Below are positions 20,291 to 29,308 of a stretch of DNA of 64,000 nt, piece after piece. The first letter of the stretch is position 1. Every line of letters starts with the position of its first letter. The position numbers and the translations under genes were made by a program. Under the pieces are notes generated by a model. It ran no database searches. It was not told where the DNA came from and worked only from the letters and a program-made list of their open reading frames with translations. The DNA is from an uncultured Candidatus Actinomarina sp. (GTDB taxonomy: Bacteria > Actinomycetota > Acidimicrobiia > Actinomarinales > Actinomarinaceae), in the NCBI GenBank assembly GCA_902596545.1, contig CACJUH010000002.1, forward strand, positions 91,881 to 155,880, written 5' to 3'.

Positions 20291-20910
20291 TAAGTTGTAC
20301 CAAAAAGCCTATCTCCCATATCTCCAAGGCCTGGAACTATATACCAACTTTCGTTAAGTTTTTCGTCTATATTACCTGTTATCAATGTAATATCTGGATG
20401 CTCTTTTTCTAACCGTTCAATACCCTCAGGGGCAGAAATAACAGTTAGAGCAATAATTTCTTTTGGTTTTTGTTCCTTTACTTTATCAATGGCAAAAGAT
20501 AGAGAACCTCCAGTAGCAAGCATAGGTTCTAATATAAAAATGTTTTTGTTATTTAAATCAGGTAAATTTTCATAATAATATTCAGGTTCTGCAGTTTCTT
20601 CATTTCTTTGAACACCAATATACCCAAATGAAACATTTGGTAAAAGCTCTTTAACTCCATCCATTAAACCTAGTCCAGCTCTTAGTACGGAAATAGCAAC
20701 ACTGTCGTTTTCTACTTCATAACCCTTAGTATCTACTAATGGTGTAGTTATATTTTTTTCTTTTAATGAAATATTTTTAGTACCTTCAATAAAAAGTAAA
20801 TATGAAAGCTTGGTTGCGTATGCTCTAAATTCTTCACTGTTGGTATTTTCGTTTCTGAGTATTGTTAAATAGTGACTTTTAAGTGGATGAGATAATTCAA
20901 TTACTTGCAT
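20290..20910 (-). CDS. upp: uracil phosphoribosyltransferase
   Basis: VLRAGLG, PMLATGGS, YIVPGLGDMGDRLFGT. Confidence 0.96.
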   Translation of the reverse strand: MQVIELSHPLKSHYLTILRNENTNSEEFRAYATKLSYLLFIEGTKNISLKEKNITTPLVDTKGYEVENDSVAISVLRAGLGLMDGVKELLPNVSFGYIGVQRNEETAEPEYYYENLPDLNNKNIFILEPMLATGGSLSFAIDKVKEQKPKEIIALTVISAPEGIERLEKEHPDITLITGNIDEKLNESWYIVPGLGDMGDRLFGTT

Positions 20911-21005
20911 TAAAAATTAGGTTAGCAAAACATTAAATCTTTTCTAGTTATTTTTGATAAGAAGTTAATCTAATAAAAGTACATTTTATGCTCTACTTAA
21001 TGTAA

Positions 21006-21011
21006 TATAAT
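21006..21011 (+). promoter_or_regulatory. putative -10 box of the rpsP operon
   Basis: TATAAT 26 nt upstream of the rpsP ATG, followed by an AAGGA ribosome-binding site. Confidence 0.5.
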
Positions 21012-21037
21012 GTATTGCTATTTAAAAAAGGAAATTA

Positions 21038-21430
21038 ATGCCTGTAAAGATAAGACTTGCACAAAGAGGTAAGAAAAAGAATAGAACATACAGAGTAGTT
21101 GTTGCCGATTCTCGCTCACCAAGAGATGGAAAGTTTATTGAGGACTTGGGTTACTATGATCCACATCATAACCCTTCAAAAGTCGAAATTAATGTTGATA
21201 AAGCTGTGTCATGGTTAGACAAGGGAGCTCAGCCATCAGAGCGTGCACAAAAATTATTAGAAATTTCTGGGGCATGGGCTCAGTGGAGATCATCAAAAGG
21301 AGAAGTTGTTTCTATTCCTACTGCTCCTGCAGAAAAAGTTAAAAGCAGTTCAAAGGCAAATAAAAAGAAAGAAGAAGCTACTCAAGAAGAAACTTCTGAA
21401 GAATCTTCAGAAGATACAGAAGAGGAATAA
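21038..21430 (+). CDS. rpsP: 30S ribosomal protein S16
   Basis: VKIRL..YRVVVADSRSPRDG..GAQPS; acidic C-terminal tail. Confidence 0.97.
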   Translation: MPVKIRLAQRGKKKNRTYRVVVADSRSPRDGKFIEDLGYYDPHHNPSKVEINVDKAVSWLDKGAQPSERAQKLLEISGAWAQWRSSKGEVVSIPTAPAEKVKSSSKANKKKEEATQEETSEESSEDTEEE

Positions 21431-21433
21431 TTT

Positions 21434-21685
21434 ATGGCCGCAGGTTCAATTGTAAAAAACGTAGTTGAATATATTGTTACGCAAATTGTGGAGGACACAA
21501 AGTCTGTGAAAGTCGACATTGCAGATTCAGACGATGAAAATGTAACAATTGAAGTTAGAACTTCTCCAGATGATATGGGAAGAGTTATTGGTAAAAGAGG
21601 AAGAGTTGCTAGAGCGATTCGTACAGTAGCTCAAGCAGCAGCAGATGAAGAAGGTCTTCAATCTAGCGTAGAATTTATTGACTAA
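21434..21685 (+). CDS. khpA: KH-domain RNA-binding protein KhpA
   Basis: DMGRVIGKRGRVARAIRT; lies between rpsP and rimM. Confidence 0.9.
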   Translation: MAAGSIVKNVVEYIVTQIVEDTKSVKVDIADSDDENVTIEVRTSPDDMGRVIGKRGRVARAIRTVAQAAADEEGLQSSVEFID

Positions 21686-22160
21686 TAATAATTTATATCA
21701 AGTTGCTAAATTAGGTAAACCTCACTCACTTAGGGGATTTCAATATATAAACATAGACAATTTTTTTAGAAGGTTTGACTTAAGCAATATATCAATGCAA
21801 GTTGGTAATGAAGAATTAATAGTTGAGAATTTTAAAACCCACTTAAAAGATAGAAATCTAATTAAATTTAAAGATTTTGATACTATTGAGTCAATTGAGA
21901 GATTAAGGGATGAGGTTGTCTCTATTTCAGATAAATATAAAAATGATTTTCTAAATGATAGTAAATTACCTTGGCCTGGTTTTTTTATAAATAAAAACTT
22001 AGGTAAATCAGATTTAGTTTTACTTGGGTTTAATTTTTCTCAAAACTTTACATTTTGCGAAGTTTCTAATTTAACTGATTTTCCAATTCCTTATAATGAT
22101 AAGTTTTTTTCATATCAGAATAATCAACTTATTTTAATTAATGACAACCTAACTGTTTAA
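21678..22160 (+). CDS. rimM: ribosome maturation factor RimM, divergent
   Basis: VAKLGKPHSLRG, LIKFKDFDTIE..ERLR; syntenic position. Confidence 0.7.
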   Translation: MTNNNLYQVAKLGKPHSLRGFQYINIDNFFRRFDLSNISMQVGNEELIVENFKTHLKDRNLIKFKDFDTIESIERLRDEVVSISDKYKNDFLNDSKLPWPGFFINKNLGKSDLVLLGFNFSQNFTFCEVSNLTDFPIPYNDKFFSYQNNQLILINDNLTV

Positions 22161-22853
22161 CCAGTCAAAAATTAAATTACTATATTTATCTTTTACCATA
22201 TTTTCTGGATGCCATTGAATACCAATAGCATTCCATTCATTAGTAGTTTCAATTCCTTCAATCACACCATCATTTGATTTTGCAGTTATTTTTAAATCTT
22301 CACCTAATTTATCAATACCTTGATGATGTATAGAATTTACCATTATGTTTTTTTCTTTAATTATTTCAAATAGTTTTGATTCTTCATAAACTTCAATATC
22401 ATGAATGTGAGATCGAGCATCTTCGAATGGTTTATCGTGCTCAATTTCTTTAAAACCTGAATCATTAAGATCTTGATATAAAGTACCGTTTTTATAGACA
22501 TTCAATAATTGATGTCCTCTACATATTGCAAGAGTTTTAACATTGTTTTCTTCTGCAGATTTGAGTAGATTTAATTCAGTAAAATCTCTATTGTCTGATA
22601 TTCGAATTGTTTTAGAATCAATTTTTTGGTTATACCTTTCTGGGTTTATATCTCCACCTCCAGAAATTATCAAAGCATCAAATTTTGAAGCATCAATTGC
22701 AAGATTATTATTTTGTGGACCAATAACTATTGCAGTATTCCCAAATTTGTTACATAAGTTTATAAAATCATTGTTTATTACAACACATGGAATATTTCCA
22801 GGTGCCATTTGAACATCTTTTATTCCAGTTGAGATTCCAATTAATTTATTCAT
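22149..22853 (-). CDS. gamma-glutamyl-GABA hydrolase-like class I glutamine amidotransferase (peptidase C26)
   Basis: SGGGDINP, AICRGHQ, VNSIHHQ, QWHPE. Start placed at the ATG overlapping the RidA stop. Confidence 0.88.
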   Translation of the reverse strand: MNKLIGISTGIKDVQMAPGNIPCVVINNDFINLCNKFGNTAIVIGPQNNNLAIDASKFDALIISGGGDINPERYNQKIDSKTIRISDNRDFTELNLLKSAEENNVKTLAICRGHQLLNVYKNGTLYQDLNDSGFKEIEHDKPFEDARSHIHDIEVYEESKLFEIIKEKNIMVNSIHHQGIDKLGEDLKITAKSNDGVIEGIETTNEWNAIGIQWHPENMVKDKYSNLIFDWLNS

Positions 22854-23262
22854 ATACAAAAATACATTGAACTTCCACTGACACATTCAGTGGTAAGCTG
22901 GAAACTCCAACAGCAGACCGTGTTGACTTTTCGTCAAAATATTCTGCAAGCTTATCCGTAAAACCATTCAATACTTTTGCGTGATCTTGAAAATCATTAT
23001 CAGCATTTACGAATCCCAATACATTTACAGGCTGTAGATTTTCAATTTCACCATTTGCTAAAAGTGTAGATATAGTTAATTCAGCACATAGGGAAGCAGC
23101 CTCATAACCATCTTCTATTGATACCTCAGAAGGTATCTTTCCTTGATATTTTTTCTTTTCAGTAAATGGAACGTGGCCAGATGTATATATGTAATTTCCA
23201 ACTTTTTTATATGTTACATAATTTCCAATAGCCGATGGTGCAACTGGTAATTCTTTATCCAT
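22846..23262 (-). CDS. RidA/YjgF family protein
   Basis: GNY..YTSGH.P, NGF.D, RSAVGVSSLP...VEV. Confidence 0.88.
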   Translation of the reverse strand: MDKELPVAPSAIGNYVTYKKVGNYIYTSGHVPFTEKKKYQGKIPSEVSIEDGYEAASLCAELTISTLLANGEIENLQPVNVLGFVNADNDFQDHAKVLNGFTDKLAEYFDEKSTRSAVGVSSLPLNVSVEVQCIFVYE

Positions 23263-24259
23263 TATCTAGTAAGTTTCCAATTAAATCTACAACTCTATTT
23301 GAATATCCCCACTCATTGTCGTACCAGCAAACTACTTTTACATGATTTCCTTCTAGTAACTGAGTAGACGAAGCATCGTATATACTTGAATGCGGATTGT
23401 TCAAAATATCAGTAGATACAAGAGGAACTTCTGAATACTCTAATATTCCATTTAACTCATTTTCTGCAGCATTCTTAACTGCCTTATTGATATCATCTAT
23501 AGAGACTTTTTTTTCTAATTCAACGACAAGATCAACTACGCTTCCATCAGGAACTGGTACTCTCATAGCCATTCCATCTAATTTACCATTAAGTTCTGGA
23601 AGAACCATACCAACAGCTTTTGCTGCACCTGTTGATGTAGGGATAATATTTTGAGTTGCACTACGTCCTCGTCTAAAGTCACTATGGGTAGTTTCAGCTA
23701 ATGCTTGATCATTAGTATATGCATGTACAGTTGTCATCAATCCGGATATAATTCCAAAGTTATCATCTAAAACTTTTGCTATAGGAGCTAAACAGTTTGT
23801 AGTGCAAGATGCATTTGATACTATTTTATCTTCAGGCTTAAGATCACCATCATTGACACCGAGGACTATAGTCGCATCTATATCGTCTTTTGGAGGTACA
23901 GTTAGTAATACTTTTTTAGCTCCAGCATCAAGATGCTTATTTAATGATTCACTATCTCTAAATATTCCAGTTGATTCAACAACAACATCAACATCCATTT
24001 CTTTCCAAGGAAGCTCCGCAGGGTCTTTAATTGAAGTTAATTGTATAGTTCTATCATCTACAATTAATTTGTCCCCAGCAACGCTTACCTTTCTATCTAA
24101 TATTCCCATTACTGAGTCATGTTTAAGCAGATATGCAAGATTTTCATAGTTCCCTAAATCATTTATTGCCACAACATTTATATCAGAATCATTTTCTACA
24201 ATAATCCTTAGAATTGATCTACCAATTCTTCCAAAACCATTTATAGCAACGTTACCCAT
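23255..24259 (-). CDS. gap: glyceraldehyde-3-phosphate dehydrogenase (type I)
   Basis: INGFGRIGR, SNASCTTNCLAP, TTVHAYT, STGAAKA, MRVP, WYDNEWGYS. Confidence 0.97.
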   Translation of the reverse strand: MGNVAINGFGRIGRSILRIIVENDSDINVVAINDLGNYENLAYLLKHDSVMGILDRKVSVAGDKLIVDDRTIQLTSIKDPAELPWKEMDVDVVVESTGIFRDSESLNKHLDAGAKKVLLTVPPKDDIDATIVLGVNDGDLKPEDKIVSNASCTTNCLAPIAKVLDDNFGIISGLMTTVHAYTNDQALAETTHSDFRRGRSATQNIIPTSTGAAKAVGMVLPELNGKLDGMAMRVPVPDGSVVDLVVELEKKVSIDDINKAVKNAAENELNGILEYSEVPLVSTDILNNPHSSIYDASSTQLLEGNHVKVVCWYDNEWGYSNRVVDLIGNLLDNG

Positions 24260-25264
24260 TTAAAGTTCCTGTCCCAATCGTTTGATAGTGTCTATTATTC
24301 TTGCAGCGTAACCCCAGCCGTTATCAAACCAAATTATTAATTTTATTTTCTTATTATTAATACCCATTGTAGCAAGACCATCTATCAGTCCAGAAAATGT
24401 GCTTCTGACTACATCAGACGAAACAATTGGGTCGTATGTAATTCCGATTATATTTTTTAAATCATTTTCTGAATAGTTTTTTAGCAGATTGTTAATTTCT
24501 TCAATAGTCGTTTCTTTTTTAATATCTATTGTTAGGTCTACTGTACTTCCATCAGGAATTGGAACTGTCATTGATGAGGATGCTATTTTATTTTTTAAAA
24601 AAGGAAGTACATTTACAATTACTTCTGATGATTTAGTAATACTAGGTATTATATTTTCGCCAGCGGCCCTATTTAGTCTAAAACCTTCACCAGCTACATC
24701 AGCTAATCTGTTTGAGTTCGAATATCCATGCACAGTTGTCAAAAAAGCTCTTTCTACGCCTACGTCTTTATTTAAAGCTTTTAGTATTGGTGCAACAGCA
24801 TTTGCAGTATTTGATCCTAGAGAAAACACATTTGATTTAAAATCAATATTTTCATCGTTTGCACCAGGTACAAAAATTTGGATATCTTTAAAATTTTCTG
24901 GTGTAGAGGCAACTATTACTTTTTTACAGCCTTTTGATAAATGTACATCAACTTCTTCTTTTGTTTTTGGTTTACCAGTTGCAAGTACTACAACATCTGT
25001 CCCAATTTTTACCCAATCAGCTTCATCTCCATCTTTCCAAGAGTTAAATATAATTTCTTTTCCATCTACAACAATACCTGTTTCTGTCTCATGGATTTCA
25101 GCATTCAATTTTCCGTATATAGAATCATATTTGAGTAAATAAATTAAGTTTTTTTTATCAGCAGTATCAGATATTGAGACTATGTTAATGTCTTTGTCTC
25201 CCAATGTCTGTCTAAATAGATCTCTACCTATTCTTCCAAAACCAACAAGTGATACATTTGTCAT
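24260..25264 (-). CDS. GAPDH-like paralogue lacking the catalytic cysteine
   Basis: GFGRIGR, LLKYDSIYG, TTVHGY and WFDNGWGY are kept. The active-site motif reads SLGSNTANAVAP. Confidence 0.85.
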   Translation of the reverse strand: MTNVSLVGFGRIGRDLFRQTLGDKDINIVSISDTADKKNLIYLLKYDSIYGKLNAEIHETETGIVVDGKEIIFNSWKDGDEADWVKIGTDVVVLATGKPKTKEEVDVHLSKGCKKVIVASTPENFKDIQIFVPGANDENIDFKSNVFSLGSNTANAVAPILKALNKDVGVERAFLTTVHGYSNSNRLADVAGEGFRLNRAAGENIIPSITKSSEVIVNVLPFLKNKIASSSMTVPIPDGSTVDLTIDIKKETTIEEINNLLKNYSENDLKNIIGITYDPIVSSDVVRSTFSGLIDGLATMGINNKKIKLIIWFDNGWGYAARIIDTIKRLGQEL

Positions 25265-25333
25265 TAACCCTCACAAAACTATTGATTAATTGTTGTTACA
25301 ATCAACTAATAATATACCTTAAAAACACTAAGT

Positions 25334-26452
25334 ATGAGAGAATTAAGAAGAAATATTCACGATTCAATTTTTGGATCTGAACCAACTGAAGATTTGCTTA
25401 CTAAAGCATTTGATAGAAAAAAAAACTATTTCGGGAATACAATAACCTACAGTCCAAAAGTATTCATACCACTTACGACAATGTGTAGAGATAGTTGTGG
25501 ATATTGTACTTTTGTTAAATCACCAAATGAAGGCGGAACATATTTAAACGAAGAAGAAGTTTTAAGTATTGCAAGTGCTGGTGATGAAGCCGGTTGTTAT
25601 GAGGCTTTATTTACATTAGGGGATAAGCCTGAATTAAGATGGGACTTTGCATTGACTCAACTCGAGCAACTTGGATTTTCTTCAACTCATGATTACTTAA
25701 TCAATTCAATGCAAAAAGTAAACGAAACGTCTAAGCTATTTCCACATGCAAATCCTGGATTGATGAGTTTTGAAGAAATAAAAGAGCTAAAAAAATATTC
25801 ACCATCTGGTGGTTTAATGATTGAAACATTTTCAAAAAATATTTATGATAAGGGACAAGCTCATTACAAAACTCAAACAAAATTTATCGATCTTAGAATT
25901 GAATCTTTAGAAAATGCTTTACAAGCAATGTACCCTGTAACAACAGGGCTTCTTTTAGGGCTTACTTCTACCAAAGATGAAGTGATAGATGATATAACAA
26001 ACCTCATTTTATTGATTCAAAATAATATGGCTATTCAAGAGGTCATCCTTCAAAATTTTAGAGCTAAAAAAAATACGATTATGAAAAATAATTCTGAAAT
26101 TACAAATGACTTATTTTTAAGAATAATTGCGACTACTAGAATTTATTCTCCTTCTCATATTTCGATACAAGTTCCTCCTAATTTGTCGCCAGACATAAAT
26201 TTGTTTCTTAAAAGTGGAATAAATGATCTTGGTGGTATTTCGCCATTGACTATAGATTGGGTAAATCCAGATCACCTCTGGCCAAATATTAATAAATTAA
26301 AAAATGATACTTTATTAACTGGTCAAGTACTTAAAAAAAGACTCCCAATATATCCAGAATTTATAAAAAAAGAATGGTTAAACGACGAAATTTTTGAAAA
26401 AGTTAATAATATTATTGATACAGATGGATATCCAAAAGACTCACATGAATAA
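25334..26452 (+). CDS. cofG: FO synthase subunit 1 (radical SAM)
   Basis: TYSPKVFIPLT..CRDSCGYC, EALFTLGDKPE, PHANPG, QVPPNL, GINDLGGISP.T.D.VNP..WP. Confidence 0.92.
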   Translation: MRELRRNIHDSIFGSEPTEDLLTKAFDRKKNYFGNTITYSPKVFIPLTTMCRDSCGYCTFVKSPNEGGTYLNEEEVLSIASAGDEAGCYEALFTLGDKPELRWDFALTQLEQLGFSSTHDYLINSMQKVNETSKLFPHANPGLMSFEEIKELKKYSPSGGLMIETFSKNIYDKGQAHYKTQTKFIDLRIESLENALQAMYPVTTGLLLGLTSTKDEVIDDITNLILLIQNNMAIQEVILQNFRAKKNTIMKNNSEITNDLFLRIIATTRIYSPSHISIQVPPNLSPDINLFLKSGINDLGGISPLTIDWVNPDHLWPNINKLKNDTLLTGQVLKKRLPIYPEFIKKEWLNDEIFEKVNNIIDTDGYPKDSHE

Positions 26453-28280
26453 AAACATTTCTTTTTTAAGAATAAGACCATGCGATAACAATAATGAAAT
26501 TTATCTAAATTCTAGAAGAAAAGAGGGTACATCTGCTTTTTTAATTAAAAGTGAATTAGATCTTGATATTATGGAAATTCATAAAAAAGATTTTCAAACC
26601 TTATCTAATGATGCATCAGTAGATTCAGATTGTTGGATAATTAATGACAACAATTGGAAAAATTTTAAGGATATAAATCCCAAAAGAATTGTTTATGATT
26701 TTAAAAACAATAAAGAAACTTCTCTTGAGGTTATCGATAGATTGAAGCCCTACACTGTATTGGTTTCAAACTCATTAGATATTGAATTTTTAAAAGCAAT
26801 AAACACAAAAACTAAATTTATAACAACAGCATACGTTGACACTATTGACGAAGCACTTGACTACATTAAAAAAGGAATAACTGATTTATTGCTGAGAGAT
26901 TGGAGTTCAGCACAAATTCATGAATTACAAAATATTGATGGTTTTAATTTTTATGAGAGAACATTGCTATCACCAGTTTTTTCAATTGATGAAGCAAGGA
27001 ATGAATTTACTAAAGAACGTTTTTTTAGATATTTAAGTACAAGAAATGTAAGAGGATTTAGAAGAGAGAAAACTGAATGGTTTCCTGGTAGTGGAAAAGA
27101 CATACCTCAGTTAAACAATTTTGTCTATAACAATAAAAGCCAAATTAAACATTTTGAAATAGATGAGATTTTAAATAATGTGCTAAATGGTTATCAGATT
27201 AATGATGAAGAATTAAACCTACTTTTTAATACTGCTGGTGAAAAAATAAATGATATCGCTGATGTTGCAAATCAATTAAATTTCCTAAAAAATGGTAATA
27301 AAGTATCTTTTGTTAAAAACAGAAATATCAACTATACAAATCAATGCTATTACAAATGTGGTTTCTGTGGATTTTCAAAAGGTCCAAAAAGTTTTAATCT
27401 TAAAGAAAAACCGTACTCTATTGATATCCAAGAAGTAGTGGATAGAACCGCTGAAGCTTTTGAAATGGGAGCTTCAGAAGTATGTTTGCAAGGGGGAATA
27501 CATCCTGATTACACTGGTGAATTTTATTTGAATATGGTGAAAGAAATAAAACAAACTGTTCCAGAAATGCACATTCATGGCTTTACGCCTTTAGAAATAT
27601 GGCAAGGTGCTGAGACAATAAATTTGAGTATTGAAGATTATTTAAAACTTCTTTTAGATGCTGGTCTGAATACCCTACCTGGAACTGCAGCTGAAATATT
27701 AGATGATAGAGTCCGAAAATATTTGTGTCCGGACAAAATAACATCATCTCAATGGGCGTATGTGATGGAAGTAGCACACAGTTTAGGAATGAAATCTACA
27801 GCAACAATCATGTTTGGACATATAGATGATATAGACTCGTGGGTTAATCATTTCTCACTAATAAAGAATATCCAATTAAAAACTGGAGGCTTTACAGAAG
27901 TTGTACCCCTGCCTTTTGTACATATGGGATCTCCAATTTATCTGCAAGGAAAAAGCATGCCAGGTCCTACGTGGGATGAAGTTGTCTTAATTCATTCACT
28001 TGCTCGAATATATTTTTCAAATGTAATAAATAATATACAGGCAAGTTGGGTCAAGCTTGGACATGATGGAGCTGGTAAATTATTAGATGCAGGTGTCAAT
28101 GATTTAGGAGGTACATTAATTAATGAAAATATTAGTAGAGCTTCCGGAGCCGACCATGGTCAAGAAACTACAGATCAGCAATTTATAGATATAATTGAAA
28201 ATTGCAACAAAACACCTATATTAAGAAATACTCTTTACACAGAATTTAAAAATCCTAAAACTTTAATCCCATATTCATGA
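26445..28280 (+). CDS. cofH: FO synthase subunit 2 (radical SAM) with a long N-terminal extension
   Basis: NRNINYTNQCYYKCGFC, EVCLQGGIHP, PGTAAEIL, IQASWVKLG, NDLGGTL.NENISR. Start placed at ATG 26445 overlapping the cofG end. Confidence 0.9.
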   Translation: MNKNISFLRIRPCDNNNEIYLNSRRKEGTSAFLIKSELDLDIMEIHKKDFQTLSNDASVDSDCWIINDNNWKNFKDINPKRIVYDFKNNKETSLEVIDRLKPYTVLVSNSLDIEFLKAINTKTKFITTAYVDTIDEALDYIKKGITDLLLRDWSSAQIHELQNIDGFNFYERTLLSPVFSIDEARNEFTKERFFRYLSTRNVRGFRREKTEWFPGSGKDIPQLNNFVYNNKSQIKHFEIDEILNNVLNGYQINDEELNLLFNTAGEKINDIADVANQLNFLKNGNKVSFVKNRNINYTNQCYYKCGFCGFSKGPKSFNLKEKPYSIDIQEVVDRTAEAFEMGASEVCLQGGIHPDYTGEFYLNMVKEIKQTVPEMHIHGFTPLEIWQGAETINLSIEDYLKLLLDAGLNTLPGTAAEILDDRVRKYLCPDKITSSQWAYVMEVAHSLGMKSTATIMFGHIDDIDSWVNHFSLIKNIQLKTGGFTEVVPLPFVHMGSPIYLQGKSMPGPTWDEVVLIHSLARIYFSNVINNIQASWVKLGHDGAGKLLDAGVNDLGGTLINENISRASGADHGQETTDQQFIDIIENCNKTPILRNTLYTEFKNPKTLIPYS

Positions 28281-28912
28281 ATACATATAATGTCATTACA
28301 CTCTTCCCTAACTTAATTGAGGAGTGGAAAAATATAGGCATTGTGAGACAAGCTATTAAAAATCAGTTAGTAAATATTCAAACTACAAACTTAAGGGAAT
28401 TTGGAATTGGAGAATATAAACAAGTAGATGATGCTCCATATGGTGGGGGACCTGGAATGGTATTAATGCCTGAGCCATTAGATAATGCGATTAACTCTTC
28501 AAATTCAGAGGTTAATGTTTTTCTAACACCATCAGGAGAGCAGTTGGATGAAACTCTATTAATTAAATTATTATCATTTAAGTCCATAAATCTAATTGCA
28601 GGAAGATATGAAGGTTTTGATCAAAGAATCTTGGATATGCATGCAGATTATAAAGTTTCTATTGGACACACAGTCATTTCTGGAGGTGAAGTTCCAGCGA
28701 TGTATATGCTCGAAGCTTTAATAAGAAGGATTCCAGGAGTATTAGGCAATCCAGATTCATTAAAGTATGAAACATTTAATGACAATAAATATGATTTTCC
28801 TGTTTATACAAGGCCGGAAACATTTAAAAATCTGTCTGTACCTGAAGTTTTACTTTCTGGTAACCATAAAGATATCGAAGAGTGGAAAAAGAATAATTTA
28901 AAAGACATATAA
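28277..28912 (+). CDS. trmD: tRNA (guanine37-N1)-methyltransferase
   Basis: VDDAPYGGGPGMVL, GRYEGFDQR, SGGE, YTRP, LLSGNH. Confidence 0.96.
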   Translation: MNTYNVITLFPNLIEEWKNIGIVRQAIKNQLVNIQTTNLREFGIGEYKQVDDAPYGGGPGMVLMPEPLDNAINSSNSEVNVFLTPSGEQLDETLLIKLLSFKSINLIAGRYEGFDQRILDMHADYKVSIGHTVISGGEVPAMYMLEALIRRIPGVLGNPDSLKYETFNDNKYDFPVYTRPETFKNLSVPEVLLSGNHKDIEEWKKNNLKDI

Positions 28913-28943
28913 AGTCTATTTACTTATATAATTCATTTCTGGA

Positions 28944-29294
28944 GTGATTATGGATCTAATCGAAAACATTGAAAAAGAGTATTTAAAAGAAGATTTACCA
29001 GAATTCAAATCGGGGGACACTGTAAAGGTTAATGTTAAAGTCTCTGAAGGAAATAGAGAGAGAATTCAAACATTTGAAGGAGTTATTATAGCCGTCAACG
29101 GTGTTGGCATTAACAAGACTATTACAGTTCGAAAATTATCATTTGGAGTTGGTGTAGAAAGAATATTTCCTGTACATGCACCAATTGTTGATTCCTTAGA
29201 AGTTGTTAGAAAAGGTAAAGTAAGACGCTCAAAACTTTATTATCTTCGGGATCGAGTAGGTAAATCTGCAAAAATTAAAGAAGATCGTAATTAA
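28944..29294 (+). CDS. rplS: 50S ribosomal protein L19
   Basis: [34 protein letters not shown]. The start may be ATG 28950. Confidence 0.97.
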   Translation: MIMDLIENIEKEYLKEDLPEFKSGDTVKVNVKVSEGNRERIQTFEGVIIAVNGVGINKTITVRKLSFGVGVERIFPVHAPIVDSLEVVRKGKVRRSKLYYLRDRVGKSAKIKEDRN

Positions 29295-29308
29295 CTAATT
29301 ATTATTAA

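Noticed and set aside
24489-25142. 217-aa plus-strand ORF antisense to the GAPDH paralogue
   Set aside because: Ser/Thr/Phe-rich shadow ORF lying wholly inside a recognisable gene on the other strand; no motifs.
25282-25305. TTGATT-N12-AATCAA inverted repeat between the gap-like gene and cofG
   Set aside because: Six-bp AT-rich arms are expected by chance here, and I recognise no regulator box.
26394-26444. Frameshift or readthrough joining cofG and cofH into FbiC
   Set aside because: cofG ends at a normal length, and cofH has its own overlapping ATG plus a long extension, so a simple frameshifted fbiC does not explain the layout.
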